DNA of 64,000 nt from Eubacteriales bacterium (GTDB lineage Bacteria; Bacillota; Clostridia; Oscillospirales; QAKW01). Positions 28,012 to 37,423 of the stretch are shown here, piece by piece (position 1 is the stretch's first letter; every line of letters starts with the position of its first letter). The notes beneath the pieces were generated by a model. That model was not told the origin of the DNA. It did not search any database and saw only the letters and a list, made by a program, of their open reading frames with translations. The translations under genes were made by a program, and so were the position numbers. The stretch spans positions 26,786-90,785 of the forward strand of contig JAZQJA010000042.1 in NCBI GenBank assembly GCA_045541455.1, read 5' to 3'.

Positions 28012-30105
28012 ATGGACAAGTATTTATCAGTTTTTACTTTTATTGCTTCGGCGTTTGCTCTTCTTTTTGCTTTGGTCACTGCAAAACGTGTACTTAAGTT
28101 TTCAGAGGGTACCGAAAAAATGAAAAAAATCTCGCAGTCAATTCGCAGCGGTGCGAATGCTTATCTAAAAAGACAGTACACAATTGTAGGCGTATTTTTT
28201 GCTGTAATGTTTGTAATACTTTGTGTAATGGCTTCATTTGGAATGCTCACTTGGTTTGTTCCGTTTGCTTTTGTTACAGGTGGCTTCTTCTCGGCTCTTT
28301 CAGGTTTTGTTGGTATGAAAATTGCAACATTTTCTAATGCAAGAACGGCAAATGCTTGCCGTGAAGGGCTTAACAAAGGTTTGCGTGTTGCTTTCTCAGC
28401 AGGCTCAGTAATGGGCTTTACCGTTGTAGGTCTTGGTCTTTTAGATATTTCAATATGGTTTACACTTTTAAAATTTGTATTTAAACTTGCCCCTGCTGAT
28501 ATTACAGGTGCTATGCTAACATTCGGCATGGGTGCTTCTTCAATGGCATTATTTGCCCGTGTCGGCGGCGGGATTTTCACAAAGGCGGCAGATGTTGGTG
28601 CTGACCTTGTTGGTAAAGTTGAAGCAGGAATTCCTGAAGATGACCCACGTAATCCTGCAGTTATTGCAGATAATGTAGGTGACAATGTAGGTGACGTTGC
28701 CGGTATGGGCGCTGACCTTTATGAGTCGTATGTAGGTTCTGTTATCTCTTGTAGTGCACTTGGTGTTGCAGCTTTCGGTACTATAAATGCGATGGCACTG
28801 CCTATGTTTATGGTAGCAATTGGTATTATCTGCTCAATTATCGGTACTTTCCTTGTTAAAACAAAGGAAGGCGCAAGCCAGAAAAATCTTCTTCACGCGC
28901 TTAGCCGTGGTACAAACTTCTCGGCTATTGTAATTGCTGTTTTGGCATTACCGCTTGTTAATATGGTACTTGGTGACGGTATTGCAGATTTTTCAAATGT
29001 AGGCTTTTATGTTGCAATTATTTCCGGACTCGTTGCGGGTGTTCTTATAGGTCAGTCTACTGAATACTTCACATCAGATTCTTATAGACCTACCAAAAAA
29101 CTTGCATCTACAAGTGAAACCGGTTCGGCAACAATTATTATTGGCGGTTTATCACTCGGTATGCTTTCTACAGTATTACCTATAATCATAATTTCCGTTT
29201 GTGTTCTTGTAGCATATTTTGTGTCGGGTGGTGCTGCAAATTCAAGCTATGGCCTTTACGGTATCGCGCTTGCAGCTGTAGGTATGCTTTCAACACTTGG
29301 TATCACCCTTGCTACCGACGCTTACGGTCCTGTTGCTGATAATGCAGGCGGTATCGCAGAAATGGCAGGTCTTGAACCCGAAGTTCGTGAGAGAACAGAT
29401 GCTCTTGATTCACTTGGTAATACTACTGCTGCAACAGGTAAAGGCTTTGCAATCGGTTCTGCTGCATTGACAGCTCTTGCTCTTATGGCATCTTATATTG
29501 ATAAAGTAAAAGAAATCAAACCTGATTTTTCGTTTGATTTAAGTGTTATGAATCCGTCAGTTCTTATCGGTCTTTTCATTGGTGCTTGTCTGCCGTTCGT
29601 TTTTGCAGCAATTACAATGGAATCGGTAGGAAAGGCTGCTCAGTCGGTTGTTAAAGAGGTTCGTCGTCAGTTTAAGGAAATTGCAGGTCTTATGGAAGGC
29701 AAGGCTGAGGCTGACTATGCAAAATGTGTTGATCTTTGTACAAAGGCAAGCCTTAAAGAAATGGTACTTCCAACAGTTGTTGCAATTGCTTGCCCTATCG
29801 TTGTTGGTGTAATATTAGGTGTTAACGGTGTTGTTGGTATGCTTGCAGGTGCTACAGCTTCAGGCTTCTTGCTTGCTATATTTATGTCGAATTCCGGTGG
29901 TGCTTGGGACAACGCGAAAAAGTATATTGAAAGCGGTGTTCACGGTGGCAAAGGCAGCGAACAGCATAAAGCAGCTGTTGTTGGAGATACAGTAGGAGAT
30001 CCTTTTAAAGATACATCCGGTCCTGCAATTAACATTCTTATAAAACTTCTTTCAATGGTTTCAATTGTTTTTGCAGCACTTGTAATAAATTTCAGCATTC
30101 TCTAA
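28012..30105 (+). CDS. hppA: Membrane-bound ion-translocating pyrophosphatase
   Basis: A 697-aa polytopic protein with the signatures GGIFTKAADVGADLVGKVE and DNVGDNVGD. Confidence 0.95.
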   Translation: MDKYLSVFTFIASAFALLFALVTAKRVLKFSEGTEKMKKISQSIRSGANAYLKRQYTIVGVFFAVMFVILCVMASFGMLTWFVPFAFVTGGFFSALSGFVGMKIATFSNARTANACREGLNKGLRVAFSAGSVMGFTVVGLGLLDISIWFTLLKFVFKLAPADITGAMLTFGMGASSMALFARVGGGIFTKAADVGADLVGKVEAGIPEDDPRNPAVIADNVGDNVGDVAGMGADLYESYVGSVISCSALGVAAFGTINAMALPMFMVAIGIICSIIGTFLVKTKEGASQKNLLHALSRGTNFSAIVIAVLALPLVNMVLGDGIADFSNVGFYVAIISGLVAGVLIGQSTEYFTSDSYRPTKKLASTSETGSATIIIGGLSLGMLSTVLPIIIISVCVLVAYFVSGGAANSSYGLYGIALAAVGMLSTLGITLATDAYGPVADNAGGIAEMAGLEPEVRERTDALDSLGNTTAATGKGFAIGSAALTALALMASYIDKVKEIKPDFSFDLSVMNPSVLIGLFIGACLPFVFAAITMESVGKAAQSVVKEVRRQFKEIAGLMEGKAEADYAKCVDLCTKASLKEMVLPTVVAIACPIVVGVILGVNGVVGMLAGATASGFLLAIFMSNSGGAWDNAKKYIESGVHGGKGSEQHKAAVVGDTVGDPFKDTSGPAINILIKLLSMVSIVFAALVINFSIL

Positions 30106-30111
30106 ATACTA

Positions 30112-30140
30112 AAAGCAGACACATTGTGTCTGCTTTTTTT
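30112..30140 (+). terminator. Intrinsic terminator of hppA
   Basis: An 11-bp stem, AAAGCAGACAC / GTGTCTGCTTT, followed by a T-run. Confidence 0.85.
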
Positions 30141-30155
30141 ATAAGGAGGAATTTT

Positions 30156-31286
30156 ATGCTTGATGCCGCTAAACAAATTGATATTAACAAACTCAGAAAT
30201 ACACTTCACAATATGCCCGAAACAGGTTTTAATTTACCTAAAACAAAAGCATTTGTAAAAGACACACTCGAATCGTTTGGGTTGCAACCGTCAAACTGCG
30301 GTGAGGGTATTGTGGCAACTGTGGGGCAGGGAGAAAAAACAATTTTACTCCGTGCAGATATGGACGCTTTGCCTTTTCAAAATGAAAATATACACGCGTG
30401 CGGACACGATATGCATACTGCAATGCTTCTTGCTGCTGCAAAACTTTTAAAACAACAAGAAAACGAACTTGCAGGTAAGGTAAAATTTGCATTTCAACCT
30501 GCAGAAGAAACACTTGAGGGCGCCAAAAATATGATTGATAACGGTTTGCTTGAAGATGTTGATGCAGCAGTAATGATTCATGTTATTTCAGCACTTCCTT
30601 TTAAAACGGGAACAGTTATTTTGCCTGCCCCTGATGTGTGTGCTCCGTCTGCCGATTTCTTTACGATTACAATTAACGGAAAGTCTGCACATGGCTCAAC
30701 CCCTTGGAATGGTATCGATTCATTGTCTGTTGCAGCACATACAATATTGGCATTGCAAACTATGATTTCTACTGAATCCCCCTCTTATGCAAATGCAGTT
30801 TTGACTTTTGGCAGCGTAAACGGCGGTCACGCTTCAAACATAATATGTGATAAGGTAACATTATGTGGAACTTTACGCTGTTATGATAACGTTGTTCGTG
30901 ACGCTCTCAAAAAACGTATAAATCAAATTTCCGAATTTGTTGCATTGGCTTTTCGCGCTGTGGCAACTGTGAAATTTGATAGCGGTTGTCCGGCCTTTGC
31001 AAATAACGATTCACTTTGTGATATTGTTGAGTGCGCAGCGTCTTCAATTTTTTATAAAAATTTAATGGTTAAAGCCTCGTCTTTACCAAAGGGTTCGGGT
31101 TCAGAAGATTTTGCTTATGTAAGTTGTAAAGTGCCCTCTGTAATGGTGGTTATGGCGGCAGGTGATTGTAATAATGGTTATATTTATCCTCAACATCATC
31201 CTCGAGTACGCTTTGATTCGGATGCCTTGCCTTATGGTGCGGCACTGTATGCGCAAATTGCAAAACAGTGGCTTGAATTAAAATAG
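30156..31286 (+). CDS. M20 family amidohydrolase (peptidase M20D / aminoacylase-like)
   Basis: The CGHD.H metal-binding pattern (HACGHDMHTA) and QPAEE are present. The ATG at 30156 follows AGGAGG. Confidence 0.8.
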   Translation: MLDAAKQIDINKLRNTLHNMPETGFNLPKTKAFVKDTLESFGLQPSNCGEGIVATVGQGEKTILLRADMDALPFQNENIHACGHDMHTAMLLAAAKLLKQQENELAGKVKFAFQPAEETLEGAKNMIDNGLLEDVDAAVMIHVISALPFKTGTVILPAPDVCAPSADFFTITINGKSAHGSTPWNGIDSLSVAAHTILALQTMISTESPSYANAVLTFGSVNGGHASNIICDKVTLCGTLRCYDNVVRDALKKRINQISEFVALAFRAVATVKFDSGCPAFANNDSLCDIVECAASSIFYKNLMVKASSLPKGSGSEDFAYVSCKVPSVMVVMAAGDCNNGYIYPQHHPRVRFDSDALPYGAALYAQIAKQWLELK

Positions 31287-31323
31287 GGCTGTAAAAGCTA
31301 ACGCTTTTACAGCCCTATTTTTT
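31283..31323. terminator. Bidirectional intrinsic terminator (M20 gene / serA)
   Basis: A 16-bp perfect stem, ATAGGGCTGTAAAAGC / GCTTTTACAGCCCTAT, with T-runs on both strands. Confidence 0.85.
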
Positions 31324-31345
31324 AGTTCTATAGTTATATTAAAAC

Positions 31346-32500
31346 TTATTTAATAATACGAACACGGATTATGCCGTCTATATCGGAAATAACTTTAGCT
31401 GTTTCATCTGTGATAACATCGTCACAGTCAATTAATGTATAAGCAAAATCACCTTTTGATTTATTAATCATATTTGCCATATTAACACCCTGTGAAGAAA
31501 TTACAGTAGAAATTTTTGAAAGGATGTTAGGAACATTATGGTGGATTATGCAAATACGCATAGCGCCGGCTCTGGCCTGTTCAACAGCAGGGAAATTAAC
31601 AGAGTTGACAATGTTGCCGTTTTCAAGGTAATCAATAAGTTCGTGAGCTGCCATAACAGCACAGTTGTCTTCGCTTTCTTCGGTTGAAGCGCCAAGATGG
31701 GGGATAGAAATGCAGTTTTTCATTTTAATTGTTTTTGCATTTGGGAAATCTGTTATGTATTTTGCAACTTTACCGCTCTCAAGTGCAGCATTAATATCTT
31801 CGTCGTTAACAAGGTCAGCTCTTGACATATTGATAATAACAACGCCGTCTTTCATTTTAGAAATGCTTTCAGCATTTACAAAATGTTTTGTTTCTTCTGT
31901 AAGCGGAGCGTGAATACAAATAATGTCACTCTTATCGTATATCTCGTCAAGTGCTGCAGCTTTGCTGATTTTACTTGAAAGATTCCATGCCGATTTTAAA
32001 GAAATGTATGGGTCGTATCCAAAAACTTTCATGCCGAGAGAATGAGCTGCATTGGCAACGTTAACACCAATAGCACCAAGACCTACAACACCAAGATTCT
32101 TTTTCGCAATTTCGTGACCTGCAAAGTTGCTTTTGCCTTTTTCAACCTGCTTTGCAACATCATCGCCTTCAAGTGTTTTTGCCCATTCAATACCGCCTAT
32201 AATATCACGAGAAGCAAGAAACAACGCAGCAATAGCGAGTTCTTTAACGGCATTTGCATTAGCACCGGGAGTGTTAAATACAACAATACCTTGTTCTGCG
32301 CACTTGTCAACGGGGATGTTGTTAACGCCGGCACCAGCTCTTGCAATAGCAAGCAGACTTTTGGGCATTTCCATTTCGTGCATAGATGCACTTCTTACCA
32401 TAATGGCGTCAGGAGCGTCACACGAATCTGTTACGGTATAGCCTTCGGTAAATTCATTTGTGCCGACAGGTGAAATTTTGTTAAGAGTTAAAATGTTCAT
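31346..32500 (-). CDS. serA: D-3-phosphoglycerate dehydrogenase with C-terminal ACT domain
   Basis: A 2-hydroxyacid dehydrogenase fold (GVVGLGAIG NAD site, catalytic R/E/H pattern) with an ACT-like C-terminus. Confidence 0.85.
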   Translation of the reverse strand: MNILTLNKISPVGTNEFTEGYTVTDSCDAPDAIMVRSASMHEMEMPKSLLAIARAGAGVNNIPVDKCAEQGIVVFNTPGANANAVKELAIAALFLASRDIIGGIEWAKTLEGDDVAKQVEKGKSNFAGHEIAKKNLGVVGLGAIGVNVANAAHSLGMKVFGYDPYISLKSAWNLSSKISKAAALDEIYDKSDIICIHAPLTEETKHFVNAESISKMKDGVVIINMSRADLVNDEDINAALESGKVAKYITDFPNAKTIKMKNCISIPHLGASTEESEDNCAVMAAHELIDYLENGNIVNSVNFPAVEQARAGAMRICIIHHNVPNILSKISTVISSQGVNMANMINKSKGDFAYTLIDCDDVITDETAKVISDIDGIIRVRIIK

Positions 32501-32681
32501 TATTCTGCCTCTTTCTTTTTTAAAATATTATATATTATTATATTTCATCTGTTTTTATATTTCAATATGTATATTTACTAAAAACTATTTAAATCAGATT
32601 GCATAATTGTTTAATTTGTGTTATTATTAATTAGTAAAGTTTTTATGCTTTTTTATACTTTAGATAAACGGAGATAATAAA

Positions 32682-33038
32682 ATGAAAGTATCAGCGGTAA
32701 AAGAAATTCTTGACGCACAGGTTTTGTGCTGTGATTCTCTGCTTGAAACAGAGGTCCATTCGGCATGCGGGTCGGATATGATGAGTGATGTGCTGGCATT
32801 TGTAAAAGACCAAAGTATTTTGCTTACAGGCCTTGTAAATCCTCAAACCGTTCGCACTGCTATGATGATGGATATGAAGGCTATTGTTTTTGTGCGCGGT
32901 AAAAAACCTGATGAATCCGTTATTACTCTTGCAGAAGAGAATGGTATTGTAATTCTTGCAACCGATTATAGAATGTATACTGCTTGCGGACTGCTGTATA
33001 AAGCAGGATTGTATACAGATGGGAGCGATAAGGTGTGA
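32682..33038 (+). CDS. DRTGG domain protein
   Basis: At ~118 aa it matches the pattern I recall for small DRTGG proteins (..SDMMSDVLA......LLTGL.N.Q.VRTA...D...IVF..GK.P......A...GI.IL.T...), and a paralog lies at 34745. Confidence 0.6.
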   Translation: MKVSAVKEILDAQVLCCDSLLETEVHSACGSDMMSDVLAFVKDQSILLTGLVNPQTVRTAMMMDMKAIVFVRGKKPDESVITLAEENGIVILATDYRMYTACGLLYKAGLYTDGSDKV

Positions 33039-33454
33039 GTAGACTTAATATGCGTTTCGATATAGACGGTGATGATTTCACAACAGCAGGTGAGGCATCT
33101 ACAGCCGTTAAAATGAAACTTAAAAAACTCGGCGTTGCGCCCGATATTGTGAGAAAAGTTGCAATTGCTATGTACGAGGCGGAAATTAATACCGTTATTC
33201 ACGGCGGCGGCGGTGTGGCAGAAGTAACTATTGAAACTGATAAAATCATATTAAAACTTATTGACCACGGCAAAGGTATTCCCGATGTTAACCTTGCCAT
33301 GCAAGAAGGGTTTTCCACAGCGCCTGACAATGTTCGTAATTTGGGTTTTGGTGCAGGTATGGGTTTGCCAAATATCAAAAAATACTCAGATGAAATGTAT
33401 ATTGATACAGAGGTAGGAAAAGGCACTACCATTACTATAATTATAAATTTGTAA
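33035..33454 (+). CDS. GHKL ATPase, anti-sigma-factor-type Ser/Thr kinase-like protein
   Basis: N-box (E..N.V.HG), DHGKGI (G1) and GFGAGMGL (G2) are present. At 139 aa it is the size of SpoIIAB/RsbW. Confidence 0.7.
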   Translation: MSRLNMRFDIDGDDFTTAGEASTAVKMKLKKLGVAPDIVRKVAIAMYEAEINTVIHGGGGVAEVTIETDKIILKLIDHGKGIPDVNLAMQEGFSTAPDNVRNLGFGAGMGLPNIKKYSDEMYIDTEVGKGTTITIIINL

Positions 33455-33457
33455 AGG

Positions 33458-34726
33458 GTGATTGTTTTGCAGGCTTTTCATTCAGTAACACTTGACAGTG
33501 AAAAATGCAAAGGCTGTATAAACTGTGTTAAACGCTGTCCGACAGAGGCTATACGTGTTAAAAACGGCAAGGCTTTTATATTAACGGACAGATGTATAGA
33601 TTGCGGTGAGTGTATACGTGTATGTCAAAATCGCGCAAAAAAGGCGGTGTATGACAGGCTTTCTGTAATACATAATTATGAATACCGTGTGGCATTACCG
33701 GCACCATCTTTATATCCACAGTTTAACAACTTAGATAATATAGAATATATTTTAGACGGACTTAAAAAAATCGGGTTTGATGAAGTTTTCGAAGTTGCAG
33801 CGGCAGCAGAACTTGTAAGTGAAGCTACCCGCGAGCTTATGAAAGATGAAACTCTTGTTAGGCCCGTTATTTCCAATGCGTGTCCTGCAATAGTTAAACT
33901 TGTAAAAGTGCGTTTTCCGAAACTTATTCCCAATTTGCACAATGTTTTGCCACCTGTTGAGGTAGCAGCAAAACTTGCACGCGCACGTGCAGAAAAAGAA
34001 ACAGGTCTTCCGCCCGAAAAAATCGGAGTTTTCTTTATTTCACCGTGCCCTGCGAAAGTTACAGCACTTTACCATCCAAATGCAAACGAAAAGGTGGTTG
34101 ACGGTGTTTTGTCAATCAGTGAGGTGTATAAAGCTCTATTGCCGGTTATGAAAGAAATTGATGCGCCGCAATCAGATCAGTCTTCAGGGCTTACCGGAAT
34201 GTCATGGTCCTATACCGGCGGTGAGGCGACGGCACTGCTATTACCTAAATATCTGGCTGCTGACGGCATAGAAAATGCAATTAAAGTTCTTGACGAAATT
34301 GAAAACGGAAAACTTTCTGATATAGATTTTGTTGAACTTGATGCTTGCTTTGCCGGTTGTGTTGGCGGTTGTCTTAATGTTGAGAATCCATATATCGCAC
34401 GCACCAAAGTGCGTCAGCTTCGTAAGTATAGACCTGTTGCAGCAACTCGTTTATCTGACTTTGAAGGTCTTTTGGTAAATGACCTTATAAGTTCCGATCA
34501 AATTGAATACAATCCGGTATTTGAACTTGCAAGCGACCCTAAGACAGCGATGGAAATAATGTTAAAAATAAGCGAAATAGAGGAAAAACTTCCGGGTATA
34601 GATTGTGCCGCGTGCGGCTCTCCGAGTTGTGAGTGTTTTGCGCAGGATGTTGCTACCGGTAATGCAAAAATTTCCGACTGCGTGTTTGTTATGAAAAACG
34701 AAATACGTGAGATACTCTCTGATTAA
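33458..34726 (+). CDS. [FeFe]-hydrogenase-like putative sensory protein (2x[4Fe-4S] ferredoxin domain, H-cluster-like domain, C-terminal Cys-rich domain)
   Basis: Ferredoxin motifs CKGCINCVKRCP and CIDCGECIRVC are present. The degenerate H-cluster motifs read SNACPAIVK (L1), ISPCPAKV (L2) and ELDACFAGCVGGC (L3). The C-terminus carries CAACGSPSCECF...C. Confidence 0.75.
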   Translation: MIVLQAFHSVTLDSEKCKGCINCVKRCPTEAIRVKNGKAFILTDRCIDCGECIRVCQNRAKKAVYDRLSVIHNYEYRVALPAPSLYPQFNNLDNIEYILDGLKKIGFDEVFEVAAAAELVSEATRELMKDETLVRPVISNACPAIVKLVKVRFPKLIPNLHNVLPPVEVAAKLARARAEKETGLPPEKIGVFFISPCPAKVTALYHPNANEKVVDGVLSISEVYKALLPVMKEIDAPQSDQSSGLTGMSWSYTGGEATALLLPKYLAADGIENAIKVLDEIENGKLSDIDFVELDACFAGCVGGCLNVENPYIARTKVRQLRKYRPVAATRLSDFEGLLVNDLISSDQIEYNPVFELASDPKTAMEIMLKISEIEEKLPGIDCAACGSPSCECFAQDVATGNAKISDCVFVMKNEIREILSD

Positions 34727-34744
34727 TGAATAAAGGAGTAAAAA

Positions 34745-35080
34745 ATGACAGTTAAAGAAATGGCTTTAAAGGCAAATCTTTCTTTTTTAAATGGAGAGGA
34801 GTTTGCAGGGCGTGAAGTGTCAGGCGCTTATGCGTGTGATTTATTGTCTTGGGTTATAGGTAGGGCACAGGAAAATTCTGCCCTTATTACAGTAATGACA
34901 AACGTAAATGTTGTTGCTGTTGCGGCAATGGCAGACCTGTCTTGCGTAATATTAACAGAAGGTGTCAAGCCTGATTCTATGGCTCTTTCAAAGGCTCAGC
35001 AAAACGATATAATTCTGCTTTCAAGCAGTGACACAACTTATGAAGTGTCTGCAAAACTTTCGAAAGTATTTGGCGTATGA
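34745..35080 (+). CDS. DRTGG domain protein (second copy)
   Basis: At 111 aa it is a paralog in pattern of the 32682 gene (CDLLSWV...ITVMTN.NVVAVA...L.CVILTEG.KP). Confidence 0.6.
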   Translation: MTVKEMALKANLSFLNGEEFAGREVSGAYACDLLSWVIGRAQENSALITVMTNVNVVAVAAMADLSCVILTEGVKPDSMALSKAQQNDIILLSSSDTTYEVSAKLSKVFGV

Positions 35081-35802
35081 AATACTATTATGATTTGCAC
35101 ATCCATTCGGCCTTGTCCCCTTGTGGTGATGATGATATGACACCGAATAATATAGTCAATATGTCAATGCTAAACGGCCTTGATATTATTGCTGTGTCCG
35201 ACCATAACACTTGTGCTAATCTTAAAGCTGTTAAGTCGTGTGCAGATAATGCGGGCATTGTTTTTTTGTTTGGTATGGAACTTGAAACTGCTGAGGAAAT
35301 TCATGTTCTTTGTTTATTTGATAATATCGAATCGGCATTGCGATTTGAAAATGAAATGGTACGTACTGCTTTGCCGCCTGTGAAAAACAATGAAAAAATT
35401 TTCGGCAAACAAATTATTTTTGATGAACAGGATAATCAAATCGGCACTGATGACCGTTATCTTATAAATGCAACATCAATTACTGTCGATTCAATTGATG
35501 ATATAATTAAAAAATATGACGGCGTCGCAATTCCGGCACATATTGACAAACAGACAAAAAGCATTCTTTCGGTTCTCGGTATGGTAGATGAAAGTATGGG
35601 CTTTTCGTCTTTTGAATTGTCCAAAAATGTATCGGATGACTTTACTGATACTCAAGTATCTTTGAAAAATCAAAAATACACCTATATCCATAACAGTGAT
35701 GCTCATTATTTGTATGATATTGCCGAACGCGGTGCTAAAAATTATTTTGAATTTGCAAATAAACCTACTGCAAAAGAGGTAATAGAAATTTTAAAAGGAT
35801 AG
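35077..35802 (+). CDS. PHP-domain phosphoesterase
   Basis: DLHIHS...SPCG at the N-terminus, SDHN, and later H/D metal ligands (PAHID, NSDAH). Confidence 0.75.
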   Translation: MKYYYDLHIHSALSPCGDDDMTPNNIVNMSMLNGLDIIAVSDHNTCANLKAVKSCADNAGIVFLFGMELETAEEIHVLCLFDNIESALRFENEMVRTALPPVKNNEKIFGKQIIFDEQDNQIGTDDRYLINATSITVDSIDDIIKKYDGVAIPAHIDKQTKSILSVLGMVDESMGFSSFELSKNVSDDFTDTQVSLKNQKYTYIHNSDAHYLYDIAERGAKNYFEFANKPTAKEVIEILKG

Positions 35803-35827
35803 TATTGTAATACCATCCTTTTTTTGT
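35793..35827 (+). terminator. Intrinsic terminator closing the five-gene regulatory cluster
   Basis: The stem AAAAGGATAGTA / TACCATCCTTTT has one mismatch and is followed by a T-run. It overlaps the stop codon. Confidence 0.7.
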
Positions 35828-35946
35828 TTCTAAAAAAATAAAAAAATTTAAAGAAAAATGTAGAAATCCTTATTAATATATGTTATCATATAAATTGTAT
35901 AAAACTGTGTATTTTAATATATGCATAATTCTTAAGGAGGAAGAAA

Positions 35947-36441
35947 ATGAGTAAAACATGCGCAGTTCCTTTTAAAGGAACAAAAGAGCAAGAAGCTGAA
36001 CTTTTAAAGCTTATCGACACCTATAAGGGCACTGATGGTCCTTTGATGCCGGTACTTCAGGGTGCTCAGGATATCTATGGTTACCTTCCTATAGAGGTAC
36101 AAAAGATAATCTCTAAAGGCCTTGGCATTTCGCTCGAGCATATTTATGGCGTTGTTACTTTTTACGCACAGTTCTCTCTTGCCCCCAAGGGTGAGTACCA
36201 GATTGCTGTGTGCCTCGGTACAGCTTGCTATGTAAAGGGCTCGGGTGAGATAATTGACAAAATCAAGGAAATAATCGGTATTGATGTTGGCGAATGTACC
36301 GCAGACGGCAAGTTCTCACTTGATGCTACAAGATGTATCGGTGCTTGCGGTCTTGCTCCTGTATTAACAATTAATGACGAAGTTTACGGTCGTCTTACTG
36401 TTAAGGACATTCCCGATATTCTCGCAAAGTATATGAACTAA
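35947..36441 (+). CDS. hydC: NuoE-like [2Fe-2S] subunit of NAD(P)-linked [FeFe]-hydrogenase
   Basis: A thioredoxin-like [2Fe-2S] pattern, C..GTACY...C(32)C..AC, at 164 aa. Confidence 0.9.
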   Translation: MSKTCAVPFKGTKEQEAELLKLIDTYKGTDGPLMPVLQGAQDIYGYLPIEVQKIISKGLGISLEHIYGVVTFYAQFSLAPKGEYQIAVCLGTACYVKGSGEIIDKIKEIIGIDVGECTADGKFSLDATRCIGACGLAPVLTINDEVYGRLTVKDIPDILAKYMN

Positions 36442-36448
36442 AGTCGGT

Positions 36449-37000
36449 ATGAAAGAGTTATCTCTTAACATACTTGATATTGCGCATAATTCCGTAAAAG
36501 CAAAGGCTACATTTGTTGAGATAACGGTGACGGAAAGTTTTAGTTTAGACCTTGTAACAATTGAAATCAAGGATAACGGCTGCGGAATGTCAGAAGAATT
36601 TTTGAAGAATGTAACTGACCCGTTTGTCACCACTCGCACCACCAGAAAGGTCGGTCTTGGTATACCGCTTTTACAACAAGCTGCACTTGATACTGAAGGT
36701 ACTTTTGACATTAGCTCGCAACTTGGTGTCGGTACAACAGTTACGGCGAGTTTTAAACTCACGCATCTCGATCGTGCGCCGATTGGTGATATGTCTTCTA
36801 CAATTGTGTCGCTTATTAATGCAAACCCCGATATACGTTATTTGTATACGCATAAAACGGATAAGGGCGAATTTGTTTTTGATACGGATGTGATTAAAGC
36901 TGAACTTGACGGAATTTCGATTACAGAGCCGGAAATTCTTTCTTGGCTTGGTGATTATCTTATAGAAAACCTACAAAGTATAGAGGGAGGAAATATATAA
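36449..37000 (+). CDS. GHKL (histidine-kinase-like) ATPase domain protein inside the hydrogenase operon
   Basis: N-box NILDIAHNS, G1 DNGCGM and G2 GLGIP are present. There is no DHp or His-phosphotransfer region. Confidence 0.65.
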   Translation: MKELSLNILDIAHNSVKAKATFVEITVTESFSLDLVTIEIKDNGCGMSEEFLKNVTDPFVTTRTTRKVGLGIPLLQQAALDTEGTFDISSQLGVGTTVTASFKLTHLDRAPIGDMSSTIVSLINANPDIRYLYTHKTDKGEFVFDTDVIKAELDGISITEPEILSWLGDYLIENLQSIEGGNI

Positions 37001-37377
37001 TGAAAAGTCTCGAAGAACTCAGAGCAATTAAAGCAAAAATGCAAAACAATGTTGGTCTTCGCGGTGTCGAAGATGACGAAAGCGTTGTAAGAGTTGTTGT
37101 TGGTATGGCAACCTGCGGTATTGCAGCAGGTGCTCGTCCTGTACTCAACAAATTTATTGAAGAAGTACAAAGCAGAGGTCTTAAAAATGTTATTGTTACA
37201 CAGACCGGTTGCATCGGCGTTTGCAGACTTGAGCCTATCGTTGAGGTTGTTGCTCCTAACGGTACAAAAACAACTTATGTCAAAATGACAGAAGATAAGG
37301 TTGCAAAAATTGTTCACGACCACATTGTAAACAATAAGGTTGTAGAAGAGTATACAATTGCTAACGCAGATAAATAA
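37000..37377 (+). CDS. Thioredoxin-like [2Fe-2S] ferredoxin subunit (HndB-like)
   Basis: A 125-aa protein with the cysteine pattern ATCGIAAG...TGCIGVC. Confidence 0.75.
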   Translation: MKSLEELRAIKAKMQNNVGLRGVEDDESVVRVVVGMATCGIAAGARPVLNKFIEEVQSRGLKNVIVTQTGCIGVCRLEPIVEVVAPNGTKTTYVKMTEDKVAKIVHDHIVNNKVVEEYTIANADK

Positions 37378-37423
37378 AGTATAAACAGCCGCTAAAACAG
37401 TGCGGCAGATTGGAGAAAAGACA

